NCBI GenBank assembly: GCA_951406725.2
Contig: OX597817.1
Coordinates: forward strand, 141,236,001-141,300,000
From: Octopus vulgaris
Lineage: Eukaryota
Length of the DNA: 64,000 nucleotides
Direction of reading: 5' to 3'
Below are positions 51,328-64,000 of the stretch, piece after piece. Each line of letters starts with the position of its first letter. Within the stretch, counting starts at the first letter, position 1. The position numbers and the translations under genes were made by a program. The notes beneath the pieces are model-generated. The model was not told the DNA's origin and ran no database searches. It saw nothing but the letters and a program-made list of their open reading frames with translations.

Positions 51328-53527
51328 CACTAGTCTACATGATTTTGTAAAATTAACTTTATGGTATCTTTTTTCGAAATATATACGAAAGATAGTGATT
51401 CATGTTGCTTTTAATTCACCTCTACCATTTCAGGCTCTCAAGTTATGCAGAAACGTTACCTTTCTGTTTTCGTATAAGTAAATGATAAAGTATATTCTTT
51501 CCCACTCGAAGTACAAGGCCCGAAATTTGGGGGAAGGCAGTCAGTCGATTAGATCCACCTAGGTACGCAACTGGTGCTTAATTTATTGACTCTGAAAGGT
51601 GAAAGGCAAAGTCGACCGCGGTGGAATTTGATTTCAGAACGTAACGGCAGACGAAATACCGCTAAGCATTTTGCCCGGCGTGCTAACGTGTCTGCCAGAT
51701 CGCCGCCTTAATGACGAAGTATATTACCAATGAAAACATTTACTTTATATTGACTTAATTATCAAATCTAATATATTATTTATAGCTCGATTATGAATAT
51801 GTCTCGAGGCTGCATAAATTCACCAGACATATTCTGCTATGTCTGCAGGCGATTCAGCCCTTCATATTCCCGGAGCAATATATAACTCTTTTGTTCTGCT
51901 ATTTAGCTTACTTTGGTTGCAAACTGGCAGACCAGGACATGCCATCTGCACCTCACAATTTAGTAAGCTCTAAATGTGGTCAGTTGGGAACCTGAAGCGT
52001 ATGCCCTTTGGAGTACCAATGGTATGGCGGGAACAAATTAACCACCATGATGACTGCCACATGTGTATGACTAAAGTAGCTGGATTCAACAAAAAGGTAT
52101 AATATACCTAAATACCCCGTCAGCAATAATGCCTATTCCACACTCAGATGATATTCCTGTACCTGTGCCACATGAGAGATGGGAAATTTCACCAGAATCT
52201 GATACTGTGAGATGAGAGTAGACTATGAACCTTATTGAACACATAGGGATGTCGTACAATGCAGATGAATGGCGACTCTTCGTTGATTCTTCTAACAGAA
52301 GTTTAAAGGTTGTTGTTCTTATCTACAATGCCAACACAGCTGCATCTGTGCCAATTGGCCATAGTCTCCAAACGTCAGAAACGTATGAAAATATGAAGAA
52401 TCTGATGGCTGCCATGAATCAATCCACAATCACAATTTTCTCATCTGTGGGGATTTAAAAGTTATTGCTCTCCTACTAGGTCTTCAAGGGGATACACCAA
52501 GTTCCCCGTTTCCTTTATCTTTGGGATAGTAGGGCAGACAGCCATCACTATGAACAAAAAGACCGCCAGAACAAACTTCTTACCCGGAAATCACAACGTG
52601 AAAGCTGTGCCGCTAATTACCCAAGATAATTCTGCTGCACCTCTCCACATTTAATTAGGGCTTATGGAAAACTTTCTGAAGGCCCTGTACAAGAATGGAG
52701 CTGCTTTCAAGTGCCTGGAGTCAAAGTTCCCTCGTATAAGTGGAGGCAAGCTAAAGGAAGGAATCGATCAAAGTTCGGGAATCGATGAAGGAGAAACATT
52801 TTCAAGCAGCATTGTCAGATGTTGAGGTGAATGCTTGGTGTTCCTTCAAGCAGATTACCAAAACCCGTTGGGAAACAGCTGCTCTCCAGAATATGAAAAA
52901 ATGATCCAAGACCTGATATCAAGTTTCAAACAACTTGGGTCAAGAATGTGTGTCAAGATGCATTTTTTGCACTCACATCTTGACCACTTTCCCAGGAATT
53001 GTAGGGACTACAGGGAGGAACAATGAGAGCGGTTCCATCAAGATATTTGCACCATGGAAACTCGAAACCAGGGCAAATGGAATGTCAGCATGATTGTCAT
53101 TGAAACGTGATATTCCGGATGCACAGTACAAGCGGAAATCAAAGTGGTCCTCCTTCCTTTTAATCAATATGTAGGCTAACAATTAGGAGTATATTTCTTT
53201 TCACATTCATTTGATCTGATGTTGATGAACCACGATTCATTTCCTGATGGACATTGTTCATCTCATGCTGATTTGGAACACACATCTCCTTAAAACTAAC
53301 AGAATATGCTTTCCCATGATTACCTACTTCATTTCAATAAAGTAGGAATTTTTATTAAAAATTCACATTTATTATCATTAATTTGTTATCATTAATTTCA
53401 ATTTCATTGAAGATCCTTATGTGATAGAGCAAAATGGTTTCGATATTTAAAATCAGCAACCCAAGAATATGTAAGATCACATCCATGCATAAAAACATTT
53501 TTAAAGATTCCCAAACACAGACCAGTG
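51328..53527 (+). mobile_element. Chapaev3-like DNA transposon relic with both ends (SINE nested at ~51495-51712)
   Basis: taa|cactagtct ... agaccagtg|taa (3-bp TWA TSD); MSRGCINSPDIFCYVC, PMVWRE...DCHMC, EWRLFVDSS, ICGDLKV, KMHFLHSHLD, EEQ*ERFHQDI. Confidence 0.8.
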
Positions 53528-55122
53528 TAATCTTGAATATTTGATTCCCTGAAGGAGGAGAGCTGTAGAATCGTTAGCACGCCAGGCGAAATGCTTAGCA
53601 CCCTTTTCAGATTGTATTTACGTTCTGAGTTCAAATGCCGCTGAGGTTGACTTTACTTTTCGCCCTTTTGTGATGGATTATAAAATAAGAACCAGTTGGG
53701 GGAAGGGAGCGATGTAATCGATTCATTCCTCCCCCGATCTTGCTGGCCTAGTGCCAACATTTGAAACCGTTTTTAAATTGAAATTAAAAGAAACAAACAT
53801 TTAATAAACTTAACAGCGCTTAGCTTCAAAATTCACATATCAGTAACCCCATTTGTTTGTTTGTTTCAGTAATTAATGCCTCGTGTGATAATTATTAACC
53901 TCGCTATGATCGCAGAGCAGGAAATACTCAAGTATTGGACATATATTTCATTAGCACTAACAAAATATATATGAACATAATACCATGGCTCTTTAACAGA
54001 ACATATATTTCATATACCAAATATGAAAACAAAGCTCTGGATTGGCAGAATTACTACATCGTCGCAGGAATAATCTCAGTTCGGAGATCAAAATCTACCG
54101 ATGTTGTTCTCTTTATATTTCACCCTCTGTTCCTTATAGGCTCAATAAAATAAAGACCAGAGAAGAACGAACGTCTGTATAGTCGTCTGTACCACTTTTC
54201 AAAAATGGCGAACCTCGAAGCTATGTTCGTGATCATTCAGTACTAATAATGGTTTGGAATTTTGGCACGAAGCCAGTGAGACTAAACTAGAAAAAGCACG
54301 TGACTGCAAAGCGAACGTCCTAAATACACAACCATGCTTGCGCCTATGATGTTTGTTGCTTCGGAATATCATTTGTAATTAGTAAAATGAAATGAAATCT
54401 TTTTTTTTCTAAAATAGCATTTAACAAAAATAAAAGATCAATAAATTACATAAAAATTACAGCATCAAAAACTACCGGAAAGAATGTGAAGCTAACGTAA
54501 TTACGCATCTAATGCCAATGAGCAAGGCATGAATGTCGCATTTAATCTTCTGTTTATAAATTTGTTAATTTGCAGGGGCGGTGGAATAATAATTAAGGCA
54601 TCATTTCTGTCTGTTTTTGCATTTTATTTTTCGATCAGATTATATGCATTTGATAATAATTCGATCACTACACCCCATTTCGCTTCAAATTGTTATTTTC
54701 TTTTTTTCTATTCCCAGTTGTTTAATAAATATTCAACAGATACCAATGGAAGCCAGATGATAGCAAAGATAAAATATTGCATTACATGCCTTGCACTCGT
54801 CTCTATGGAAGTTCTCAACAAACAGTTATTACTTCTTCGTTTCCCATCCCAGTTGATGATGCTTCACTTCGCGAACGCTAAATATATCCGTTGGAGGTGG
54901 CATGAAAGACAATCCTTTTTTTGTTTGTTTTTGTTTTTGTTTTTGTAAGAATATGGATATTTGTAAGAAGTCATCATGTATTCAGTGTTATTCAATTAGG
55001 TTCTCAGACCAAAGTTGATCGCGGTTTTTTTCGTATTCCACCACAATTGGTTTAATGTTTGTTGGGAATATGACAAGCTGGTTCAGAAAAATATACATAC
55101 ATGTGTGTGCATGTGTGCATGC

Positions 55123-55186
<64 letters not shown>

Positions 55187-55339
55187 ATATATGTAGTTAT
55201 GTATGTAACACGTTCTACGAAATGAATGTGTGGTATTGTGTCACTATAGTGATAACACACAGAGAACTGTATAAGTGGCCGTGCAGACGGCTGAGAGAAT
55301 AAAGACTGCATCGAATAGATTCTTTGGCGTTTCCTCGTT

Positions 55340-56095
55340 ATTAAATAAATACCAGTTACGCACTGGGGTCGATATACTCGACTTAATCCGTTTGTCTGTC
55401 CTTGTTTGTCCTCTCTATGTTTAGCCCCTTGTGGGCAGTAAAGAAATAGGTATTTCGTCTTCCGTTACGTTCTGAGTTCACATTCCGCCGAGGTTGACTT
55501 TACCTTTCATCCTTTTGGGGTCGATAAATTAAGTACCAGTTACGCACTGGGGTCGATATAATCGACCTAATCCGTTTGTCTGTCTTTGTTTGTCCTCTCT
55601 GTGTTTAGCCCCTTCTGGGTAGTAAAGAAATAGGTATTTCGTCTGCCGCTACGTCCTGAGTTCAAATTCCACCGAGGTAGACTTTGCCTGTCATCATTTT
55701 GGGATCGATAAATTAAGTAACAGTTGTGTACTGGGGTCGATCTAATCGACTGCCTCCACCACACTCCTCAAAAATTTCGGGCCTTGTGCCTAGAGTAGAA
55801 AATATTTTATATATGATGAGTACAAGCCTCAATCCTGTCGTACCAAAGGAATTCGACTGCACCTCTGCCCCCAAATTTCGGGCCTTGTGCCTAGAGTAGA
55901 AAACTATATTTATTATTCAAAGGTAGCAAATGGCAGAAACGTTAGCACGCCGTCCTGAGTTCAAATTCCGCCGAGGTAGACTTTGCCTTCCATCCTTTTG
56001 GGGCCGATAAATTAAGTACCAGTTGCATACTGGGATCAATCTAATCAACTGGCCCCCTCCCCGAAAATTTTGGGCCTTGTCCCTAGAGTAGAAAC
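55340..56095 (+). mobile_element. Head-to-tail SINE multimer cluster
   Basis: Repeated body-tail units with junctions at ~55450 and ~55633, plus further partial copies. Confidence 0.85.
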
Positions 56096-56554
56096 GAATG
56101 TATTGATTATTTTAGAAATTCTGCCCTCTGTGATATAACTCAGTCTTGTTACAGTTGAGTTGGGGGATCGAAAGGCGGCGAGCCATGAAGATTGTTACGT
56201 TCAGAGTTCAAATTCCACCGGGTTCTACCTTGATTTTCACCCACCTTTCCGTGGTCAATAAAATAAAGCACCACTCAAGTACTAGGGATGTAGGATCGAC
56301 TCTTTTAAAAAACTACTGGCCTTATGCCTAGGCAAAGGGGTGACTGAATAGTTACAGCATCGGAAAAGTGCTTCACAGTATTTGTTTCGGCTCTTTAACA
56401 CATGAGTTCAAATATCGCAGTGGTCAGCTTTGCTTTTCATCCCTCCGGGGTCGATAGTATAGATTAATCTCCAAACCCTAGAATTGCTGCCCTTGTACTT
56501 GAATTTGTAACCATTTCTCGGTGCTTAATAAAATATGTGACTGTATTAAACATT

Positions 56555-56950
56555 TCTACTATTGACACAAGGCCTGAAATTTTGGGGGAGGGGGGGCTAG
56601 TCGATTACATCGACCTCAGTACTCAACTGGTACTTGTTTTAACGATCCCGACAGGATGAAAGGCAAAGTCAACCCCGGTGGCATTTGAACTCAGAACGCC
56701 AAGGCGGACGAAATGCCTATTTCTTTACTACCCACAAGGGGTTAAACACAGAGGGGACAAACAAGGACAGACACACGGGTTAAGTCGATTATATCGACCC
56801 CAGTGCGTAACTGGTACTTATTTAATCGACCCCGAAAGGATGAAAGGCAAAGTCGACCTCGGCGGAATTTGAACTCACAACGTAACGGCGGACGAAATGC
56901 CTCTAAGCATTTCGCCCGGCGTGCTAACGATTCTGCCAGCTCGCCGCCTT
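56555..56950 (-). mobile_element. SINE dimer (head, body-tail1, body-tail2)
   Basis: Junction at ~56715. Confidence 0.85.
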
Positions 56951-57760
56951 AATACGTGACTGATAATAAAAGAGACTCTCAACTGTAAGAAATTTATCTC
57001 ATTTACTACACAACTTGGCCTCGTTCCTAAGCAAGAAAGCTGTATTTTATTTAACAGTTTAATTAAATTCATTTATTGTATGGTTTAGCTTTTAACTTGA
57101 GCGAAGTAAATTTTCTATTGGCTTTTCAGCTAAGTAGGACAGAAAACGTGTTAAAAGTATTGATTCAATGTATGCACATGGAATTTATCGTGTATTCTTT
57201 AAATAACTTGACATATCAGCCAACGAAATCAGCATTTAATATTTATTATACATGAGAATCAAATTTGCTTCATTTCCGTCGTAATTCTCTGCTTGCATGT
57301 GTCATGTTTGGCTGCCTTACAACTCTTTATACTTTAATGATGTCGTAATCTTTATGGTTTATGTCGGTGCACTATTTAGATGTATAACTAGATTCCATAG
57401 GAAATATATCTACAACAAGTAGAAATAATCGCATTGATTGACAATAGCGCTGTAACAATTCAGACGCTAAATAGAGTATTCTGAGCACTACCATTCAGTC
57501 CAAAATGTTTTTCAATAGATCACGATGGAAATTGGTGATACAAAGATACTTTCTCTAATAGTTCTTGTGTACACAGCATAGAGTACGAATGAACTTTGCT
57601 CTCCTTTCTCTACGTTCGAAATCGTCAACGGTAACAAGACAATGTTACAGAATTGAATAGAATTATCAACACGACGAACGTTAGATAACAATTGTCGGCG
57701 AATGGGTAGAATGCAATTATGCACGCACGCGATTACATACAGGCAAAAGCAGATATATAG

Positions 57761-57819
<59 letters not shown>

Positions 57820-57872
57820 TAATAAATTAAAAGTACTGATACTTACATATCCAGGTCTTATGTATATCCTAA

Positions 57873-58085
57873 TTTTACTCTTTTACTCTTTTACTTGTTT
57901 CAGTCATTTGACTGTGACCATGCTGGAGCACCGCATTTAGTCGAGCAAATCGATCCCAGGACTCATTCTTTGTAAGCCTAGCACTTATTCTATCGGTTTC
58001 TTTTGCCGAACCGCTAAGTTACGTGGACTTAAACACACCAGCATCGGTTGTCAAGCGATGTCGGGAGGACAAACACAGACACACA

Positions 58086-58133
<48 letters not shown>

Positions 58134-58720
58134 TATATACGACAGGCTTCTTTCAGCTCCCGTCTACTAAATCCACTAATAAGGCTTTGGTCAGCCCGAG
58201 GCTATAGTAGTAGACTATAGTGCTCAAGGTAGTGCCCAAGGTGCCGGAATAATGTGGTTTGTAAGCAAGCTACTTACCACGGAGCCACTCCTGGAAACTT
58301 ACCTACATGTGTGTGTGTGTGTGCGTGCGTGTGTGTGTAGGCGCAGACGTGGCTGTCTCGTAAGAGGCTTGCTTCCAACCACATGGTTCCGTGTTCAGTT
58401 CCACTGCGTGGCAACTTGGGCAAGTGTCTTCTACTATAGCCTCGGGCCGACCAAAGCCTTGTGAGGGGACTTGGTAGGCGGAAACTGAAAGAAGCCCGTC
58501 GTATATGTGTGTGTGTGTTTGTGTATCTATGTGAGAGTGTGTCTTTGTGGGTGTGTTTGTTCCTCTCCACCGCTTGATAACCGATATTGGTGTCTTTACG
58601 TCTCCGTAACTTACCGATTCGGCAATAAGAGACCGATGCAATAAGTACCAGGCTTCAAAAATATAAAAATATTGTTGTGTGGTGCCCTAGCATGGCCGCA
58701 GTCTAGTGACTAAATCAAGA
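57873..58720. mobile_element. Two second-family SINEs in head-to-head inverted orientation
   Basis: 57873-58292 (-) and 58340-58720 (+). Confidence 0.8.
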
Positions 58721-59056
58721 AAAGGAATAAAACAATTTATGTATGTATGTATGTATGTGATCATAAAAATACACACACAAACCTGATTTCATACAACCAC
58801 AATATTCGCCAAAACAGATACAACGCAGCTATGAACCACAGACATAAAACCGAGTCATTGCATCAAAGCAATAGTTTTTCCTGGGTATTATAATTTAAAT
58901 TTGTATCAGAAGTCAAGCATGCTGGCTGATCGATTGATTAAACCCCAAAATGTCCATTTAGATATGTTTGTTGTTGGATATCAGTCATATACTTATGACG
59001 TCTTAATCAGTCGGTTTTGAAAACGTTGGGACTTTGTTCATTCCATGAGCAATTCT

Positions 59057-59290
59057 TATTTCTTTACTGCCCACAAGGGGCTACACACAGAGGGGACAAA
59101 CAAGGATAGACAAACAGATTAAGTCGATTATATCGACCCCAGTACGTAACTGGTACTTATTTAATCGACCCCGAAAGGATGAAAGGCAAAGTCAACCTCG
59201 GCGGAATTTGAACCCAGAACGTAAAGACAGACGAAATACTGCTAAGCATTTCGCCCGGCGCGCTAACGCTTCTGCCAGCTCGCCGCCTTA
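59057..59290 (-). mobile_element. tRNA SINE (MetaSINE-like family)
   Basis: Full copy; tgagcaattct at both flanks. Confidence 0.85.
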
Positions 59291-60000
59291 AGCTCACCAC
59301 CCGTGAGCAATTCTATCTTGTGTTCTAGGACACACAGGCGACTGAGATTACGACACTCACCCCCGAACGGGACGCCAGTCACATGGTTACTCGTTTACAG
59401 CTGAGTGGATTGGGCCAACAGGAAATGAAGTGGTTTGCTCAAGGAGCAACGCATCGTCAGACACTGAGAATGGAAACCATGCTCCTACGATCGTGCACGT
59501 AACGCCTTAACCACTTCGCCACGTACCTTCACTTTATTTACTATCACAAGATGCGATATATTTCATGAAAAAGAGTAAGCAGAAGCCTTAAAATCCAATG
59601 AATTATCTGACTCACCCTACAACACATCCATCACTGTCTTCCATATTCATATTGTGAGATACTGAGATGAATTGATAAACTTTTGCTGGTTAAGATTTAA
59701 ACAAGGAAACACGGAAGCTGTTCTGGGAAATGTATTGGCATATATTTAATTTTTTTCTTCTAGCAGCTGGATTTGAAATGCGTTTTCCCACACCGCAACC
59801 AGAAACTATATTCCCTGTTAGGTAGGTCCTCCTTTTCCGTATCGTGCTTCTATCAATAGCATCAAAGTAGCTAAGTGTTTCTTATCCATGATAAGCAGCT
59901 GAGGTCCGCATTTTTGAATGTATTTAACACCGGATATAAGCAGACAAATTGTGGAGATAATATTTACATGAGGTAAATTCAAAAGCTGTGTGGACAATAT

Positions 60001-60948
60001 TGTTACGAATACCTGCCGTCGCTCAAACTCTTCGGAAACCCGGGACCCTACCAAGTCGAGCGACGACGATTGACCGGCTCGATCGAACGGTGAATTCGCC
60101 ACGGACTCAGAGAGAGAATTCGGTGGGGGGGGGGGAGGTGGCAGCGAACTCGGCAACCGGCGACCGGATAGAACGACAGCAACAACAACAACAACAGCAG
60201 GAGGAGATACAGAGAGACACGACAGAAAGCAGTTGGCTTACATTTAGCAACAGTTTATGACAATTACGACATCAAATACAATGTAAAATACATCAGGTAC
60301 ATCAAAGAGAATAACATGCAACAAAATTAACAAGATCAAAGCATACAGTCCGGAGACAACAGTTCAGATCAAATTAAAACAAATAATGTTCACATTAACG
60401 ATACAGTTCAATGTTCAAATCACATTAAAGTCTTTCTCTTTCTTTTTCAACAACTCTGTAACACAATTCACAATGTTCTTTATAATCTCATTTCTTTTCT
60501 TCCTTAACACAATGTTCTTTCTCTTTTTTTCACATCAATTCTTTTTCCTTCTTGAACACATCAAAACATAAACAAACATACCATTACGAGCTCCTACTAC
60601 AAATAGCCAATTCCTTCACGCCGTAATCTCCCTCACCTCCTCAATCCTCTGTGTATGTCTTCCTCTACGCTGTCATCCTTTCGCTTGTCTGTCTTTCCCA
60701 TTCACTGTCTCCGGCAGAACCACCTGTCACCAACTCGCTCTGTTCCCCGACTGACCAACAGACTCACAGCTCCCGCTTTTTAAAGGGTAGCTTCCTCGAC
60801 CCTTCTTTGACCGGAACAGGGCCGAAGGTCTCTTAAAAAGTCATCACTCTCTCAAGAAAATGGCAGAACAAAGGATTTACTCGCCTGCCTGACGCCAGCT
60901 CACAAAAAGTAGGTCGCAAGCACTGTCCCCGAATTGACCCCCATATCA
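60001..60948 (-). mobile_element. Solo LTR (948 bp, Gypsy-type)
   Basis: tgttacg...catatca termini; 4-bp TSD atat (59997-60000, 60949-60952); CpG-rich; minus-strand tttaaaaagcggg TATA-like box near 60780. Orientation tentative. Confidence 0.75.
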
Positions 60949-61019
60949 ATATGTTAGATAATTCACAAAGAGAGGAGCCGTTTTGTTTTTCTTATTTTTG
61001 AAGTTTAATACACGATGTA

Positions 61020-61300
61020 TAGAGGCACATGGCCTAATGGTTAGAGCAGCGGACTCGCATTTGAGGAATCGCGGGTTCGTGATGTGTGTGTTTATGAGCG
61101 AAACACCTAAGTTCCACGCGGCTCCGGCAAAAAGTAACGGCGAACTTTTGCTGACGCTTTCGCCACAACTTTCTCTCGCTCTTGCATCTTGTAGCTCACC
61201 TGCGACAGACCGGCGTCCCGTCCAAGTGGGGAACCTATACGCCAAGGAGACCGGGAAACCGGCCCTTATGATCCTGGCATGGCTCGAGAAGGAACAAACA
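61020..61300 (+). mobile_element. tRNA SINE (third family)
   Basis: Homologous to 17722-18021. Confidence 0.85.
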
Positions 61301-61730
61301 ACAATAAACGATGTGGTGATATTAGTTTATAAATAACTTGGCAGAAAAGACAATCATTTGAAAAGTCTCAATTCAACTTGTCTTTTTGACATGATTCACG
61401 TCTTTTGTTCATCATGATGTGTATTACATAAAATAACCAAATACTTACGTAACTGGAAAAATACGAAATAAATTACTATCAGATGTCTGATTACTGATGC
61501 TGTATTAGACCCATAGCTTGAAGTTCATGGCAGAGTACCAAAACAGTATCGTTGTCTGTGTGCAATGGGAGTGACATAAGCTTTCAGTGTTGAGTTTAAA
61601 TATTCTTGGAGGAATATGGTGGCGAGCTGGCAGAAACGTTAGCACGCCGGGCGAAATGCTTGCGCCTAGAGTAGAAGAGAATATTCTTGGCGGAATGGCT
61701 ATTTACGATACACCAGCGACCTATCATGAC

Positions 61731-61775
<45 letters not shown>

Positions 61776-62661
61776 CTTTAAATAATTATTTTGTGATTAT
61801 TCCTATATTTTTCAAATTTTAATTCTTTATAATCAAATAATAAGAAATATACTAGCTTTCAATTTAACATTCATAGATGACTAAAAAAACTTCACTGCAA
61901 ACTTGAAATTGGAATTTTTTTCTAAATTTAATCTAGCTTTAAAATTAATAAGGCTTTCCCCCAATTATAAAATACTATGCCTACTCATAATAATAGGTGA
62001 TAGGTTTTTTCCCTTTTGTTTTTCTCTAAATTACACTCTCTGTAAATGGGATTAATGACCATTTGACATTGACCTAGTTTCTCTCACCAAATAGTAGTAA
62101 TTGGCATTTGTTAGTGGCAACTGCTGTCTTCAACATGAATTCCTTTTATGGTATTCTGAAACCTCCTTTACCCCATTTCTACAATTAAAAAATCTTTATT
62201 ACTTCTAACCTTATAGCAGTTAGGAACAGTCATGTCTTGGTCAGTCAGTGGAAGGACTTCACTACCTCATATGTTCTTAAAATTTAAATCTACATCTTGG
62301 TCTGTATATCTACCTACTCTATAATGTTGCCACTTGATTTGAAAACTTTTGTATTAATGGAAAACCTCTATAATTGGCTGATGAGTACTCAGCATCTTAA
62401 ATCTGTTGTAATACTTACAACATTTAATTAAATGATGTAGTACGAAACGATTGTACCAAATTACCGGAGTCATTCTTGTTGCTTATTTTGATTATAATCA
62501 CCCCACAAATTTTTATGGATAACACCATACAAAATTCTGGTGCATCTAAATTAAGTACCATATCCATTCGAATCTAAATTTTTGCTATATATATATATAT
62601 ATATATATGAAAAAACAAGTCAAAAATAGAAAATGCTAAGATGATTTTATAGTGAATCATT

Positions 62662-62699
62662 CAGTACCGGTTTCGGTCATTTTGAGACCTTTTCAACTG
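62662..62699 (-). ncRNA. Minimal hammerhead motif, U3-A8 variant
   Basis: CAG-UUGAAAA-GGUC(ucaaaau)GACC-GAA-ACCGGU-A-CUG. Confidence 0.7.
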
Positions 62700-63027
62700 T
62701 AACGATTAAATAATTAAATTTAGAAAAATTAGAAGAAAAGTTTTTTTAAAAGAATATTTCTGTAGTAGTGTTCAGATATAAGTAGCATTCTGCCTTTCTC
62801 TGACTCCCTTGTTTGCACTTGTGTGTTCGAGGTCGTTTTGAGTTCTTGGTAGGATAGGTGAAGAATAATGAGGCTGATGTGGAGGGGGGCGGGGAAATCT
62901 GGGAATGCCTTAATGGTCGTATTTTGAATGGTCAGTGGCTGACAGTAGTCGCAGTTCAATTCAGAAATTGTTTATGGAATTTGCGTAGGCGTTATACTGA
63001 AAGACATTAGTGACAAGGTTAAGGGGT

Positions 63028-63211
63028 GGAAGGTGGAGAAGTAGAAGAAGAGGAAGATGACGATGTTGATGATGATGATGATGAAGAAGAAGAAGAAGAA
63101 GAAGAAGAAGGAGAAGGAGAAGATGGTGGTGATGATGGTGGTGATGATGATGACGACGATGATGATGATAATGATGATGATGAAGAAGAAGAGGAAGAAG
63201 AAGAAGAAGAA
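63028..63211. repeat. (GAA/GAT/GGT)n trinucleotide tract
   Basis: Simple-sequence repeat. Confidence 0.9.
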
Positions 63212-64000
63212 AAAAACAGAGAAGGGAGAATATGATTGGGTGTAAGTATAGCTGTGATGGGGCTGATTAGTAATGGATTCTATGGAGTGTAATATTTGTG
63301 TGTGTATATATTTCTTTTATTCTAAAGTTGAGGTATATTAATTGTTTGTCGTAGACCCGTTAAGAAGTGGCTTGTATTTTGTAATAAAGAGATTTTCTTT
63401 ACTTATTCGTTGTCTCGAGGTTGTATCGTCCCTAATATATATATCAGCGGTTTTGAGAAAGGATCTTATGGATGCAAGGGAATTTAAAAATACTAGTTCC
63501 AATTTTTTTGCGCAATGGAAGCAAGTTCGGAGGAGGATAATAGTCGATGGGATCGACCACAGTGCTCAACTGTACATATTTTATCGACTCCGAAAAGATG
63601 ACAGATAATGGTGGCTTCGGACGAAATGCTGCAAAGTATGTTGTCTGGTGAGTTAATGATTCTGAAAATTTTAGATTAAATAAATCTTTTGCCAAAAATA
63701 ATGAAAATTACTCATCTACTGTCTTGAATAAGATTTGAACTAGAAAATTACTATTTTTAAACCTCACAACGTGAAAAGTTTCAGCAACAGTACATTGTAG
63801 TAAAGATTGTTTGCCAACATAACATGACAATCCTGGTTTAGGACGAATGTTGCTGTAATTTAGCCTCAGGAGACATCGTCTCCAGCTGGCTATACGACAC
63901 GATCTGTGTTCTTATATTTTCGAACAAGGGAATCTAGCACCCCAAATCAGCTCAAAACAATATCTGTGTATCTCGCGATTTCTGGGTTACTTCGCGATAC

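Noticed and set aside
61860-62580. Possible Penelope RT next to the 62662 hammerhead
   Set aside because: The minus-strand frames I translated have many stops and no RT motifs.
63026-63245. Acidic Asp/Glu ORF
   Set aside because: Simple GAA/GAT repeat with no gene context.

Overview
Eukaryotic, AT-rich, microsatellite- and transposon-dense DNA. The SINE/RTE repertoire is what I associate with octopus (coleoid cephalopod) genomes; this is an inference. The only confident host gene is the first coding exon of Host cell factor 1 (HCFC1, minus strand, 3015-3174), with a CpG-rich, YY1-motif-rich 5' region. The remaining ~60 kb upstream is mostly nested mobile elements: RTE LINEs carrying a PHD finger, CR1/L2-type LINEs, at least three tRNA-SINE families, hAT, piggyBac, mariner and Chapaev3-like relics, a Helitron, a Helentron-type element, MITEs, solo LTRs and Penelope-type termini. 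Four signals stand out. (1) Five minimal type-I hammerhead-ribozyme motifs whose core position 3-8 pair covaries (G3-C8, U3-A8, C3-G8). (2) An unexplained CpG-rich, diverged ~200-220 bp repeat array with an internal inversion at 34.2-35.5 kb. (3) A decayed two-exon secreted-protein gene with IL-17-like motifs at 41.3-42.4 kb that the ORF track does not reveal. (4) A same-strand YY1 site cluster on HCFC1. All family assignments are from motif recognition by eye; no searches were run.
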